A stretch of DNA of 64,000 bases from an uncultured Nitrospiraceae bacterium (GTDB taxonomy: Bacteria > Nitrospirota > Thermodesulfovibrionia > Thermodesulfovibrionales > SM23-35). Positions 30,071-39,732 of the stretch are shown one piece after another; the first letter of the stretch is position 1, and the number at the start of each line of letters is the position of its first letter. The notes beneath the pieces are model-generated. The model was not told the origin of the DNA, made no database searches, and was given only the letters and a program-made list of their open reading frames with translations. A program made the position numbers and the translations under genes. The stretch covers positions 256,001-320,000 of the forward strand of contig CAVSHB010000002.1 in NCBI GenBank assembly GCA_963727775.1, in the 5' to 3' direction.

Positions 30071-30652
30071 TTACTTCGGTATCGCTGAGTATGGCTGAGC
30101 TCGGCGCGCCCATTCACTCTGAGGATATTTTTCCGAAAGTGTGTCGTATGCCCGGCGAAGCGCACTTGCTTCGTGAGTCTTTTTATATTCAGCTACGCCA
30201 AGGAAGAAGATTGATTCGGGAGCCACGCCTGCATTGGGATGCTCTTCAATAACCTTTTTAAACCACTTTGACGCCTCCTCATGTCGTTCCTTCTCGAAAA
30301 AGACCATGCCTTTACTGAATTTGAGCTGTGCGAGAAAATCATCTGTAGGAATGTATCCGACAAGCTTTCTATGTACCCTGCCCCCAGCGTCCTGAATGAG
30401 GAACGTAGGGGTCCAGGCGATATTGAATTGTTTCATAAGTTCCGTTCGTTCCTTCCAGAAACATTGGCTCTTTAGTGGGACGTACTCCTCCTTAATGAAT
30501 GTTTGGACCTTTTCATCTGAATACGGACCCGCATTCATTGCAGCGCAGCCAGCTCACCCGTCGAACCAGAAGTCATGGAAAACCGGCTTGCCTTCTTTCT
30601 TTGCCTTTTCTAAGGCAGTCTCAAAATCCCTTTCCCATTTTATCTCGGCCAT
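30071..30652 (-). CDS. Thioredoxin-fold selenoprotein (UxxC) with C-terminal TPR-like region
   Basis: ATG 30652 with RBS AGGAGG; DFWFDG-TGA-AGC with in-frame TGA at 30554-30556; SECIS-like hairpin downstream. Confidence 0.88.
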
Positions 30653-30812
30653 GTCAATCCTCCTATATTAATTCACCAAAACCTGTTTAAATTGTATCAT
30701 GGGAAAAGAGCGAAATCATCTTTTGTGTTCAAGCACATCGAAAAGATATTAAGTGCCACCGGTCAAATTCAGCAGCCGCCAATAAGCGCGCTGACCTATT
30801 AACTGTACGGCG

Positions 30813-30875
30813 ACAATGATCCTTCCTGAACTAAACATTTCTGAAACCTGATATAGTGGTGCGTAGTTCAACTAG
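30813..30875 (+). repeat. Array repeat copy 16 (inverted)
   Basis: Reverse complement: AGTTGA actacgc ACCACTATATCAGGTTTC...TTCAGGAAGGATCATTG. Confidence 0.9.
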
Positions 30876-31100
30876 TATTCAATAGGCAAATAGAGGAAAA
30901 GGGCCTTGGTAATAGTTGATCTCTCACTGTGTAAAGGATTCTTAAATCTTGAGCCGGACAACTTCTCATGCATTATTTAATTTGTAAAACTTCCTCTACA
31001 AGAAATATCAAACATCCCCGACATACTTTTGTAGAAAATAGGAGTAAAATAGCACTTAATATTTAATAAATTTATCTAAATTAACAAAGGGGAATGTCCC

Positions 31101-31794
31101 ATGAAAAAAGAAATAAAAAGGTTATCAATTTTTCTATTCTTGTTGTTTCTGCTTTTTGCGATGGCAGGCATATCGGAGGCGGATATTGAAGGCACTATCG
31201 GAACTGTGTTTACCATAACAGACTCCGGCTTTGGTACCAAAAAACCTCAGGTGTATATTCAATATGAGAAGAAACCCGGAGTTATCAAAAAGGTTTACGC
31301 CACAGTAAAAAAATGGAGCAACACCTCGATTACCTGTCTTTGGACGGAAACCCTCTCTGCTGGGACGTACAATTTGTGGGTGAAACCTAACATAGCAAAA
31401 ACGAATCCTATAGCAGAAGGTACATTCACCATCATGCCACCTTCTATTGATGAAGTTACTCCTGACACTCTTACTGCCGGTGCAAAAATAACAATAAACG
31501 GACAGTTCTTTACAAACAGAAAACCGACGGTCTATCTCAAAGACCTTGTGTCTTTAAAAAAAGAGGAGTTGCAGCGTTATAAAATCCACCATGGACTCGG
31601 CAACAGGAGCAAGCTCATTAAATTTTTTTGTGACTAAATGGGGATCGGGCAAGTTTGAGATCATCTTACAAACGTTGGTTAGCGAGGCCTCAATTAATCC
31701 TTTAGCATCAATATCAGGAAAGATCACTGACTCAGGAACAGGGGCTGTGGCATCCGGGGTCATAAACAAAGGTTCCTCTTCAGGCGTTAGCTGA
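31101..31794 (+). pseudogene. Secreted IPT/TIG-like protein, frameshifted at A7 tract
   Basis: Signal peptide, PSIDEVTP...ITINGQFF; one A fewer at 31556-31562 joins ORF 31591..31794. Confidence 0.6.
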
Positions 31795-31839
31795 TAAGAA
31801 CTTTGCATATTCTAAAGACGCTATAGGAGTTTAAACTCT

Positions 31840-32142
31840 ATGGAACAAAAAATAAAAATCAAAGAATCTGATCTTCACCAGCATATAAGCGCAAGAATGT
31901 TACAGCGGGGAATTTCCCTAATAGAAATAGAAGAAACGTTAACCAGAGGCTGGGATGCTGGTGATGCGGTTGAAGGGACTGCCGGTAAAGTAGCCGTGTT
32001 CACTTATAATGCGGAATGGGAAGGCAAATTCTTTGAAGAAAAAGAGATTACAGTATATTATAAGTACAAAGGGGAACAGTTTATTTTATTGACTGCTAAG
32101 GCAAGGTATGGAAAGGATTTTAAGAAAGGAGAAAAAAGATGA
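31840..32142 (+). CDS. DUF4258-like putative toxin
   Basis: HISARMLQRGIS; overlaps downstream DUF2283 gene. Confidence 0.75.
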   Translation: MEQKIKIKESDLHQHISARMLQRGISLIEIEETLTRGWDAGDAVEGTAGKVAVFTYNAEWEGKFFEEKEITVYYKYKGEQFILLTAKARYGKDFKKGEKR

Positions 32143-32348
32143 AAATTGAATACGACCTTGACCGGGACTTACTTTATATATATTTTGCAGAGCTTGAAAC
32201 AAAGGCGGCTCAGACCATTACCATTACTCCCGGTGTACATGCTGATTTTGATAGGGACGGTAAGCTCATGGGGATCGAGGTTATAGAGGCATCCAAGGTT
32301 ATGGGCAAGAAGATCGAGATTAAATTGCCTGAACTTACAGCGGCATAA
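32139..32348 (+). CDS. DUF2283-family protein
   Basis: KIEYD...DLLYI...DFDRDGKLMGIEV. Confidence 0.88.
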   Translation: MKIEYDLDRDLLYIYFAELETKAAQTITITPGVHADFDRDGKLMGIEVIEASKVMGKKIEIKLPELTAA

Positions 32349-32416
32349 TATGTATTGCGTTCCAGAGTCTCGTTCTCTTGCGGAATATGTTGCGGTTTAA
32401 GGGAGCAAATTTTTAA

Positions 32417-33433
32417 ATGTTGAATGATAAAGAGTTTGATTTCTTAAGGGATGACCATGGGAAGATGGTAGGCAATTTAAATAAAATTAGTGATGATTTG
32501 TTAAAAGCAAAATGGTATTTTTTAACGACAATTTCAGCGATCGGATCGGCTTACTATTATGTTTTGAGTCAAGACAATAAATCAAACGAGTACTTTTATT
32601 TCGCGATATGTCTATTTGGCAATATTGTCTTTTGGGTGTTAAGCGAATATATCGTATCACATGGTTTTCTTTTTAGATCTATACAGGCTAAAGTGGCAAG
32701 AATGGAAAAAGAAATGTATACGCCGGGATATCCTATGTTAGTGAGACTTATCAAAGATCCTACTGACAAAAGTAATTTTATTGAGACTGAGAATGGGGCT
32801 GAGTTGTTAAAATTCCATTACCTACTTCCGGATCAGTTTATCCCTCTATACTGGGCTTCATTGTGGAGTATTCTTATCAATACAGTAGTTGGTTTATATT
32901 TCTCTTCTTTAGCAAAGAACAGCGATTATGACCGCTTAGAGTTTCTATTTTTGCTTATAAGCATTCCGCTTGTCTGGAAGATTTGGATGTATCATCGCCA
33001 TAAGTTGGAGGAATTTGTTAGTAAGAAGACATGTTGCTTCGAAATAGTCGTCTGTAAGGATCTAAACAATAAAGATAAAATTTTTTATGAGTTTCCTCAA
33101 TGGTGGATTCGACAGTACGCGCCATTATTTATAATTATGCTCATGATAGCACTTGCATTCTTTTTCGTGTGCTTTCCAGTTTTATATGGTGAGGTTCCCT
33201 TTTATCTTTGGTCTGTATCTTCGGCGTCATTACTTTTTTTCTTCTGGCCGGTTATAGTTGGAATTGCAATTCATATACTTCATTGTATTTTTGGATTTGG
33301 TGAGGAATTCAAGAAATGTAAATATTTTCGGCCTCCTATTTCTCATAACTGTGAAACAATATTTGTTGATTTTCAGAGTGGTAGTCTTGCTAATTTACGC
33401 TGGACTCTTTGTTTGCTCTATCATATAGTTTGA
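32417..33433 (+). CDS. AT-rich multi-pass membrane protein
   Basis: 338-aa ORF with about 6 hydrophobic segments. Confidence 0.75.
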   Translation: MLNDKEFDFLRDDHGKMVGNLNKISDDLLKAKWYFLTTISAIGSAYYYVLSQDNKSNEYFYFAICLFGNIVFWVLSEYIVSHGFLFRSIQAKVARMEKEMYTPGYPMLVRLIKDPTDKSNFIETENGAELLKFHYLLPDQFIPLYWASLWSILINTVVGLYFSSLAKNSDYDRLEFLFLLISIPLVWKIWMYHRHKLEEFVSKKTCCFEIVVCKDLNNKDKIFYEFPQWWIRQYAPLFIIMLMIALAFFFVCFPVLYGEVPFYLWSVSSASLLFFFWPVIVGIAIHILHCIFGFGEEFKKCKYFRPPISHNCETIFVDFQSGSLANLRWTLCLLYHIV

Positions 33434-33575
33434 ATATGAAAATTCTTCAACTATTAGGATTACAACTGTTGATTTTTAGGTCTTTTTTTGGGGGGGATAG
33501 CTAATAAATAAATCGGTGTCCATTTATTAAAAAAAATGTTATGAGACATAGTCTTATTTTAATACTGAATAGTCC

Positions 33576-33621
33576 ATTCGTAATCAGCAGGTCGTCGGTT
33601 CAACTCCGACCACCGGCTCCA
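33576..33621 (+). tRNA. 3' half of tRNA-Thr(CGT); probable att duplication at island end
   Basis: ATTCGTAATCAGCAGGTCGTCGGTTCAACTCCGACCACCGGCTCCA: anticodon loop, T arm and CCA; no 5' acceptor strand or D arm upstream. Confidence 0.88.
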
Positions 33622-33684
33622 GAATTCACATAATCTTAAAATATTGGTCATAACCATGACATTAAATGACAGTCCGGTTAGTGT

Positions 33685-36684
33685 TCATAGCGGCACATGG
33701 AATTCTATCTCTTTCTCGCCCGCAAGGAATCTTTTCCTCATCACTTGTACTCGTACGGATTCATAGGGCTTCTTATGGCAAAGTGCAATTCTGACATCCT
33801 CAACCGTCTGAATTTTCCATCCATCCACTAATATAACTGCATCTCCCTTCTTCATCCCGGCTTTCAGCGCGGGGCTGTCAGGAGAAAAATCTTCAATGAT
33901 CACTCTGCCGTCTTTCCCCCGGAGTATGGCTCCCAGCTTTGCGCTGAAAGGCGGTTTAATGCTGTCCGCGAAGATTACGTAGTTCCCAATGCCTTCATCG
34001 AAGGCCCCGTTAATGAGAGTGGCATATTCCCTGCCGGTCAGCCTGTGAAGTCGGGCGGGTATCCCCGAACCATACATGATATGCTCCACTCCGGCCAGCA
34101 CCACGAGTTGATAGGCCGGCTTTTCTCTGAGAAAAGCAGCCGCCGAATGGGCCATCGTTTCGTCCCATAGTATCTGCGACTGGTAAAAATTGTCGAATTT
34201 TGTTCCGGCGGGATGGCTTTCAAAAACATTCTTCAGTCTCTCCCTGTAAGCATAATCGGACATATCCATGTCTTGCGGTATCTCCTTTTTCTCTTCCACG
34301 GAAAGGGAGTCGAGTCCGCCTGAGGCGACTTTGTGGACAACTTCCGACTTGAGGTTAAGCGCTACGATTGGGATTCCCTTGTCCCTAGCAAATTCGATGA
34401 TTTCCCTGTACTGGCTGTAATCAAGCCCCCACCTCTTGAAGTATTCCGATTTTTTCAGAAACTCCTTCTCATCGGTCTTCCCGGATATGTAATTGTCTAT
34501 CGCCTCCTGAAAGGGCTTCTGGAACATCTCCATGCCGATGGCGAATTTCTTTCCTTTTTTGTATAGCTCCATGATTACGCTGAGTTCCACTTTATGGTCC
34601 TCGTAATTCGCGTGCCTTTCACCAATGAATATGAGCGGCTTTTCAGCGACGTTGTCTATAATCTGTTCGAGTGCCGGTAATTTTTTCGGTACAACGCCTA
34701 CCATCGGTTCGCCGATGGCGAATATCATGCCCCGGTTCGCCTTTGCGATATCTTTTTCCACATTCTCCCCTTTTTCGAAACGGACACTCGTATATTTCCC
34801 GTAGTGGAATATTTTCTTCACAACAGAAACTACCTCTTCAGGGGAGTCAGCGTTTGCGCATGCAATTACTTTCCCGTTATTCAGCGGGTTGTCCCTCACC
34901 GTTAGAGTGAACCCTCGTCCGGGTTTTTTCGATCCTGCGAAAAGCCTTCCAATCACAGGGCTTTCATAACCCAAAATAAGTAAGGATGAAGTCCGGATAT
35001 CTTCATCCTTCAAGTCCTTAGTTTCTTTGAGCATAAAACCGTTATCCCTGAAGGTTTCGATCAGGCTGCCGTATATACTTTTTTCGCTTTCTGAATACAC
35101 TATCAATCTCTTTTCGTCTCCGAGGAGTCTCGATATGACAGGCGGGAATTCGTCTTCTCTGAGCCTCCTCATGATGTCATAGCCTTCATCGATTACGAGT
35201 GTCCGGGGGGTTTCATCGGTGGTGATTTCGATATACTGCCTTTGTGTCCCGAATTCCAATGTCTTTTTTGTATCTCCCTTTCCGGTGATAATGGATGCTG
35301 AAAGGCTTAATTTATAAGGCTCTCCCTCCTGTTCAAGCCTGAATGAAGCGGAATGGACTCCGTTCAGGACGAGGTCCCGCTGATCTTTCACAGCGATGGA
35401 GGGGACCCCTTTCCGGTCCAGCCACTGGCTGAAAAACCAGCCCAGGTCTTTCCCATATTCTTTTTCGAAAGATTTTTTTATGTTTTCCCATGTGGCGTTC
35501 CTGAAATGGTTGCTTTCTATAAGCAGTCTCAACGACCGATAGAAAGTTTCCTCCCCGACAAGGCTCCGGAGCATATGAAAGAGCATTGTCCCCTTCCCGT
35601 ATCCTATGGCCATCGATGCAAAACCGGTCCTCTCGGAAAAAGCTCTCAGGGGAAAGTCCTTCTCCGGCGTTACATAACTCTGGTAATCCGCGAGGATTTT
35701 TTTCCTGTATTCCCAGCCTTTCCCTTTCTGTTCTTCATAGCGATAGTCCGAAAGGAAGGTGGTTATAGCCTCAAGCCAATTGCCTTTCTGAAAATCTGCG
35801 AATACATAATTGCCGAACCACTGATGTGTAATCTCATGCCCCAGTGATGTCCGCACGATGAAGGGAAGGCGAACGACTTCCTGTCCCAGCAGCGTAAAAG
35901 TCGGCATCGAGTATCCTGTCGGCAGGATATTCTCGACAACGGAAAAGCGTTTGTAAGGGTAGGGGACCAGCAGCGCGCTGTACATCTCCAGATAAGTCTT
36001 AGTGTGTTCAAGATAAGTATCGGCAAGTGACAAGTCTTCGGGGAAAAAGTATGCATAAATATCTATGCCGCCTACGCTGCGTTTAATCTCTTTGTAATTG
36101 CCCGCGGCGAAGTGTATCCCATTAACGGGATGAGGGAAGGAGAACGAATATTCCTTGCCGGAGGGCGTTTCTCTTGATGTTATTTCTTCAGCTTCCGATA
36201 TCGCTGTGAATCCGGAGGGGACAAGAGCGGAAAGCCTGTAGTAGGCGAGCCCTTTCAGAGACGGGTACCAATTGCCGGTGAGGGAGATGCCGTCAGTGCT
36301 TACAATATCTCCGGAAACCGCACTGCCATCTTCAAGTTTTTTGACTTTTCCCTGCACTCCTCTGAATGTGCCTTCATATTTTATTTCGAGCGTGCCTTTT
36401 CCTGACACCTCTATAATGCCGTCCCTTTTTTTGTATTCAACAGGGTTTCCGTTCAGACCGGCGGACAGAATCCTTAGATTGCCTGTAAAGACTACGATGT
36501 CCTGCGACTCCGGGAAGGTGATCTGCGCGGAGCCTTTAAGGGAATTTTCCTTCAGATCGAAAGAGACGAAAAGATTGAAGGTAGGCATAGATTTTTGTAT
36601 GTCCTCTGCAAAACACGGTCTAGCGAAAATGGCCATGATCGCGGACATTAAGAGAAGGGACAGTTTTATTCTATTTATTGACAT
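33685..36684 (-). CDS. M1 aminopeptidase - ChaN-like - PDZ fusion protein
   Basis: HEITHQWFGN...WLE, YGKG; IFIGERH, GMEMF, WDETMA; C-terminal SPALKAGMKKGD. Confidence 0.9.
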   Translation of the reverse strand: MSINRIKLSLLLMSAIMAIFARPCFAEDIQKSMPTFNLFVSFDLKENSLKGSAQITFPESQDIVVFTGNLRILSAGLNGNPVEYKKRDGIIEVSGKGTLEIKYEGTFRGVQGKVKKLEDGSAVSGDIVSTDGISLTGNWYPSLKGLAYYRLSALVPSGFTAISEAEEITSRETPSGKEYSFSFPHPVNGIHFAAGNYKEIKRSVGGIDIYAYFFPEDLSLADTYLEHTKTYLEMYSALLVPYPYKRFSVVENILPTGYSMPTFTLLGQEVVRLPFIVRTSLGHEITHQWFGNYVFADFQKGNWLEAITTFLSDYRYEEQKGKGWEYRKKILADYQSYVTPEKDFPLRAFSERTGFASMAIGYGKGTMLFHMLRSLVGEETFYRSLRLLIESNHFRNATWENIKKSFEKEYGKDLGWFFSQWLDRKGVPSIAVKDQRDLVLNGVHSASFRLEQEGEPYKLSLSASIITGKGDTKKTLEFGTQRQYIEITTDETPRTLVIDEGYDIMRRLREDEFPPVISRLLGDEKRLIVYSESEKSIYGSLIETFRDNGFMLKETKDLKDEDIRTSSLLILGYESPVIGRLFAGSKKPGRGFTLTVRDNPLNNGKVIACANADSPEEVVSVVKKIFHYGKYTSVRFEKGENVEKDIAKANRGMIFAIGEPMVGVVPKKLPALEQIIDNVAEKPLIFIGERHANYEDHKVELSVIMELYKKGKKFAIGMEMFQKPFQEAIDNYISGKTDEKEFLKKSEYFKRWGLDYSQYREIIEFARDKGIPIVALNLKSEVVHKVASGGLDSLSVEEKKEIPQDMDMSDYAYRERLKNVFESHPAGTKFDNFYQSQILWDETMAHSAAAFLREKPAYQLVVLAGVEHIMYGSGIPARLHRLTGREYATLINGAFDEGIGNYVIFADSIKPPFSAKLGAILRGKDGRVIIEDFSPDSPALKAGMKKGDAVILVDGWKIQTVEDVRIALCHKKPYESVRVQVMRKRFLAGEKEIEFHVPL

Positions 36685-36787
36685 AATATTCCTTTCCAAA
36701 GAAACGGCTTCTTTCGGGTATCCCAAATATTATATCAGTTCGGCCTGCTGGCTTGCCTTTCCAATCTCAAAGGTCTTAGCCTGCATA

Positions 36788-36929
36788 ATTCATAAGATCG
36801 CTGACAGATATAGTATTTGCACGGTTTTAAATTCTTTCGAAGAAAGAATTTACCTCGGAGGCCCGATTTGTACCGGGCCGAGAATGAGCGCAAATACTGT
36901 ATTTGTCGGCCCATTCAAATTCTATGAAT
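36788..36929 (-). repeat. Structured palindromic repeat A
   Basis: ATTCATA...TATGAAT ends; close reverse complement of 39525-39666. Confidence 0.88.
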
Positions 36930-36949
36930 CACATGAGTCAGGCCACTTT

Positions 36950-37091
36950 ATGCATACAATGGGGTTATCAATAATGGCGGGCACGGTATTTTCGCTCATT
37001 CTCGGCCGTGCCGGCCTCCGAGGTTTTCGCTTATCAGCGAAAAAAACCGCTCAAATGCCGTGCCCGCCATTATTGACAATACTTCATGAAT
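36950..37091 (+). repeat. Structured palindromic repeat B
   Basis: 24-bp outer stem enclosing CGCTCATTCTCGG-hairpin-TCCGAGGT-hairpin-AAAACCGC. Confidence 0.85.
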
Positions 37092-37155
37092 AATAAGTAT
37101 CGGACATGCCTTATGCTATAATTTGGCCTAAGAATTATCGAGAGTTTTTCAGAAA

Positions 37156-38346
37156 ATGGCGCAGGAGAATAATCATCTATCAAAAAAAGATGTCGTGATC
37201 ATAGGCGCCGGAGCTGCAGGCCTTATGTGTGCGATAGAGGCCGGGAAACGGCACCGCTCGGTCCTTGTCCTTGAACACAAGAATAAGATAGGGAATAAAA
37301 TCAGGGTTTCAGGAGGCGGCCGCTGCAATTTCACCAATATAAATCTGCTGTCTGAAAATTACCTTTCTGCCAACCCACACTTCTGTAAATCCGCGCTTGC
37401 ACGTTTTACGCCCCATGATTTCATCGCTATGGTAGAAAGGCACGGGATTGCATATTACGAAAAGGAAAAAGGCCGGCTCTTTTGCCACGGGACCTCGGGG
37501 GATATCGTCAGGATGCTCCATGAGGAATGCCGCAGCGCGGGTGTTGAAATGCGCTTGAATTGCAGAGTCGGAAGCATAATGAGAACCGACCACTTCTCTA
37601 TCTCAACGAACTTCGGCAATATAGAAGCGGACTCTTTGGTTATTGCAACAGGCGGATTGTCTTATCCGCAACTCGGCGCAACGGACATGGGGTTCCGAAT
37701 AGCCCGGAGGTTCGGGATTAAGGCCACTCAACTGAAACCGGCATTGGTGCCTCTTGTTTTCGGTCACCAGGATTTGAAAAAGTACGCTGAATTGAGCGGA
37801 GTTTCATTTGATGCGATGGTTGAATGCAGAGGCAGGCAATTCCGGGAAGAAATCCTTTTTACTCACACGGGCCTAAGTGGGCCTGCTATCCTTCAGGTCT
37901 CATCCTATTGGGAACGCGGGGATACGATCATTATAGATCTGATGCCCGACACGGAAGCATATGAACTTTTTATGTCGAAACGCGGCAGCAGAATGGAGTT
38001 GAGCAACCTTCTCGCGGAACATCTTCCCAGGAGATTCAGCCACAGGTGGTGCGATATAAATACACCTTCAAGGCCATTATGCCGATTTACGGAAAAGGAG
38101 CTTAAGGAAATAGCGCATCTGATACACCACTGGACAATAAAGCCCGAAGGGACCGGGGGCTATAAAAATGCGGAGATTACAGCAGGCGGAATAGACACTG
38201 ATGAACTGTCATCCAGGACCATGGAAACAAAAAAAGTGCCCGGCCTCTATTTCGCCGGAGAGGTCATTGATGTCGCCGGACAGCTCGGAGGCTATAACCT
38301 TCAATGGGCCTGGTCCTCAGGATTTGTTGCAGGCCAGTATGCGTAA
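37156..38346 (+). CDS. HI0933/YhiN (BaiN-like) flavoprotein
   Basis: GAGAAG, SGGGRCNFTN, ATGGLSYP, GGYNLQWAWSSG. Confidence 0.95.
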   Translation: MAQENNHLSKKDVVIIGAGAAGLMCAIEAGKRHRSVLVLEHKNKIGNKIRVSGGGRCNFTNINLLSENYLSANPHFCKSALARFTPHDFIAMVERHGIAYYEKEKGRLFCHGTSGDIVRMLHEECRSAGVEMRLNCRVGSIMRTDHFSISTNFGNIEADSLVIATGGLSYPQLGATDMGFRIARRFGIKATQLKPALVPLVFGHQDLKKYAELSGVSFDAMVECRGRQFREEILFTHTGLSGPAILQVSSYWERGDTIIIDLMPDTEAYELFMSKRGSRMELSNLLAEHLPRRFSHRWCDINTPSRPLCRFTEKELKEIAHLIHHWTIKPEGTGGYKNAEITAGGIDTDELSSRTMETKKVPGLYFAGEVIDVAGQLGGYNLQWAWSSGFVAGQYA

Positions 38347-38347
38347 T

Positions 38348-38926
38348 ATGAAAACCATCATACTCGCGTCAGCTTCTCCGAGAAGAAAAGAGATACTCGA
38401 AAAAACGGGCCTGAAATTTAGAACCGATGAAAGCGATTACGAAGAGAAGATGGTATCCGGGCTGAAACCCCATGAGCTTGCCGTATTGCTTTCACGCAAA
38501 AAGGCAAGGGTCGTTGCCCGCAGATACAGGGACGCTATCATAATTGCTGCTGATACGGTCGTCGTATTAAGGGGCAGGCTTTTCGGAAAACCCCGCGACG
38601 CGGAAGAGGCAAGGAAGATGCTTAAGGCCCTGAGCGGAAAGTCTCATTACGTAATCACCGGTTTTACGATAATAGATACGGAAATCAAAAAAGAGCTGTC
38701 CCGGTCAATAGAAACAAAGGTCTTTTTTAAAAGGCTGAGCGCTGTTGAGATAGAGGCTTACATAAGGTCCGGCGAGCCCCTGGATAAGGCCGGGGCTTAT
38801 GGTATTCAGGGACTTGGCGCCGTGATTGTAAAAAAAATGGAAGGGGACTTCTTTAATGTGATGGGCCTTCCTTTGAACGCTGTGGTCGAGAGCCTGAAGA
38901 AGTTCGGAATAAATGTATTAGCTTAG
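38348..38926 (+). CDS. maf: Maf nucleoside triphosphate pyrophosphatase
   Basis: ILASASPRR, AADT, DKAGAYGIQG, NVMGLP. Confidence 0.95.
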   Translation: MKTIILASASPRRKEILEKTGLKFRTDESDYEEKMVSGLKPHELAVLLSRKKARVVARRYRDAIIIAADTVVVLRGRLFGKPRDAEEARKMLKALSGKSHYVITGFTIIDTEIKKELSRSIETKVFFKRLSAVEIEAYIRSGEPLDKAGAYGIQGLGAVIVKKMEGDFFNVMGLPLNAVVESLKKFGINVLA

Positions 38927-39068
38927 GCCCTCAAATAAAATTGACTGCACATATTTCTGCCTTATTTAGATTGCGCGAAATATTAGTATGGATTTTGATG
39001 CTGTAAAGCAATATAATTAATAAAATTGTTATATAAAATAATTGTGAAACGAATTTGGGAGGAGAGCC

Positions 39069-39428
39069 ATGATATCAACACTCGAAGAATTAAAAACGGA
39101 AAGAAAGATTATTAATGACATCGATTGGGAAATGACGCCTGAAATGGCTGTCCGGATGTATTTGGAATGGGGGAACATCTGGTCCCATGGGGAGGACCGA
39201 AGACATATAGTCCGTTCCAAAAGCGATTATTCGGTCTATTTTGTAGTATACTGCTGGGAAAAACCTTATTATATTTACCTCATGAGAAGAAATTCCGAAG
39301 ACGCGGTGGAGCTTGCAAAAATAGAATTGCCTGAAAGGTTTGAAAAAACAGTATGCAAGCTTAAAGGGGTATATGCGCTTGAAGGTGAACTCAAAGAATG
39401 GATGAGAAAAGAATTAAACGCCGCTTGA
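39069..39428 (+). CDS. Conserved hypothetical protein (DVU0772-like)
   Basis: IDWEMTPEMAVRMYLEWGN motif; RBS GGAGGAG. Confidence 0.8.
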   Translation: MISTLEELKTERKIINDIDWEMTPEMAVRMYLEWGNIWSHGEDRRHIVRSKSDYSVYFVVYCWEKPYYIYLMRRNSEDAVELAKIELPERFEKTVCKLKGVYALEGELKEWMRKELNAA

Positions 39429-39524
39429 AAGATGACCGAACGCATTACTATTTGACTAAATAATAATGCGTTCAACTGAAAATATCTGCCGAACAATATT
39501 GTGATTTCATATTTAACCCACTTA

Positions 39525-39666
39525 ATTCATGAAATTTGCGGCTGCCGACAAATACAATATTTGCGCTCATTCTCGGCCCGGTACAGATCGGGCCTCCGAG
39601 GTAAATTCTTTCTTCGAAAGAATTTAAAACCGCTTAAATACTGTATCTGTCGGCAATCTTATGAAT
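39525..39666 (+). repeat. Structured palindromic repeat C
   Basis: ATTCATG...TATGAAT ends, same core motif. Confidence 0.88.
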
Positions 39667-39732
39667 AGTGTAAGTTTAGATTGATTATCAGTTATGTCCG
39701 GGTATCGAACTTCGACGGACAAGGAGAGATGA

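Noticed and set aside
8711..30875. Repeats as a CRISPR array
   Set aside because: Spacing is 0.2-3.2 kb and contains whole genes; copies are degenerate; no cas genes
8711..30875. Repeats as classical attC sites
   Set aside because: No full-length hairpin or RYYYAAC/GTTRRRY pairing; the nearby recombinases show no IntI-type insertion before HxLRH
33540..33621. Intact tRNA-Thr gene
   Set aside because: No D arm or 5' acceptor strand upstream of 33576
36272..37093. 273-aa plus-strand ORF
   Set aside because: Antisense to the aminopeptidase and runs through palindromic repeats; no recognisable motifs
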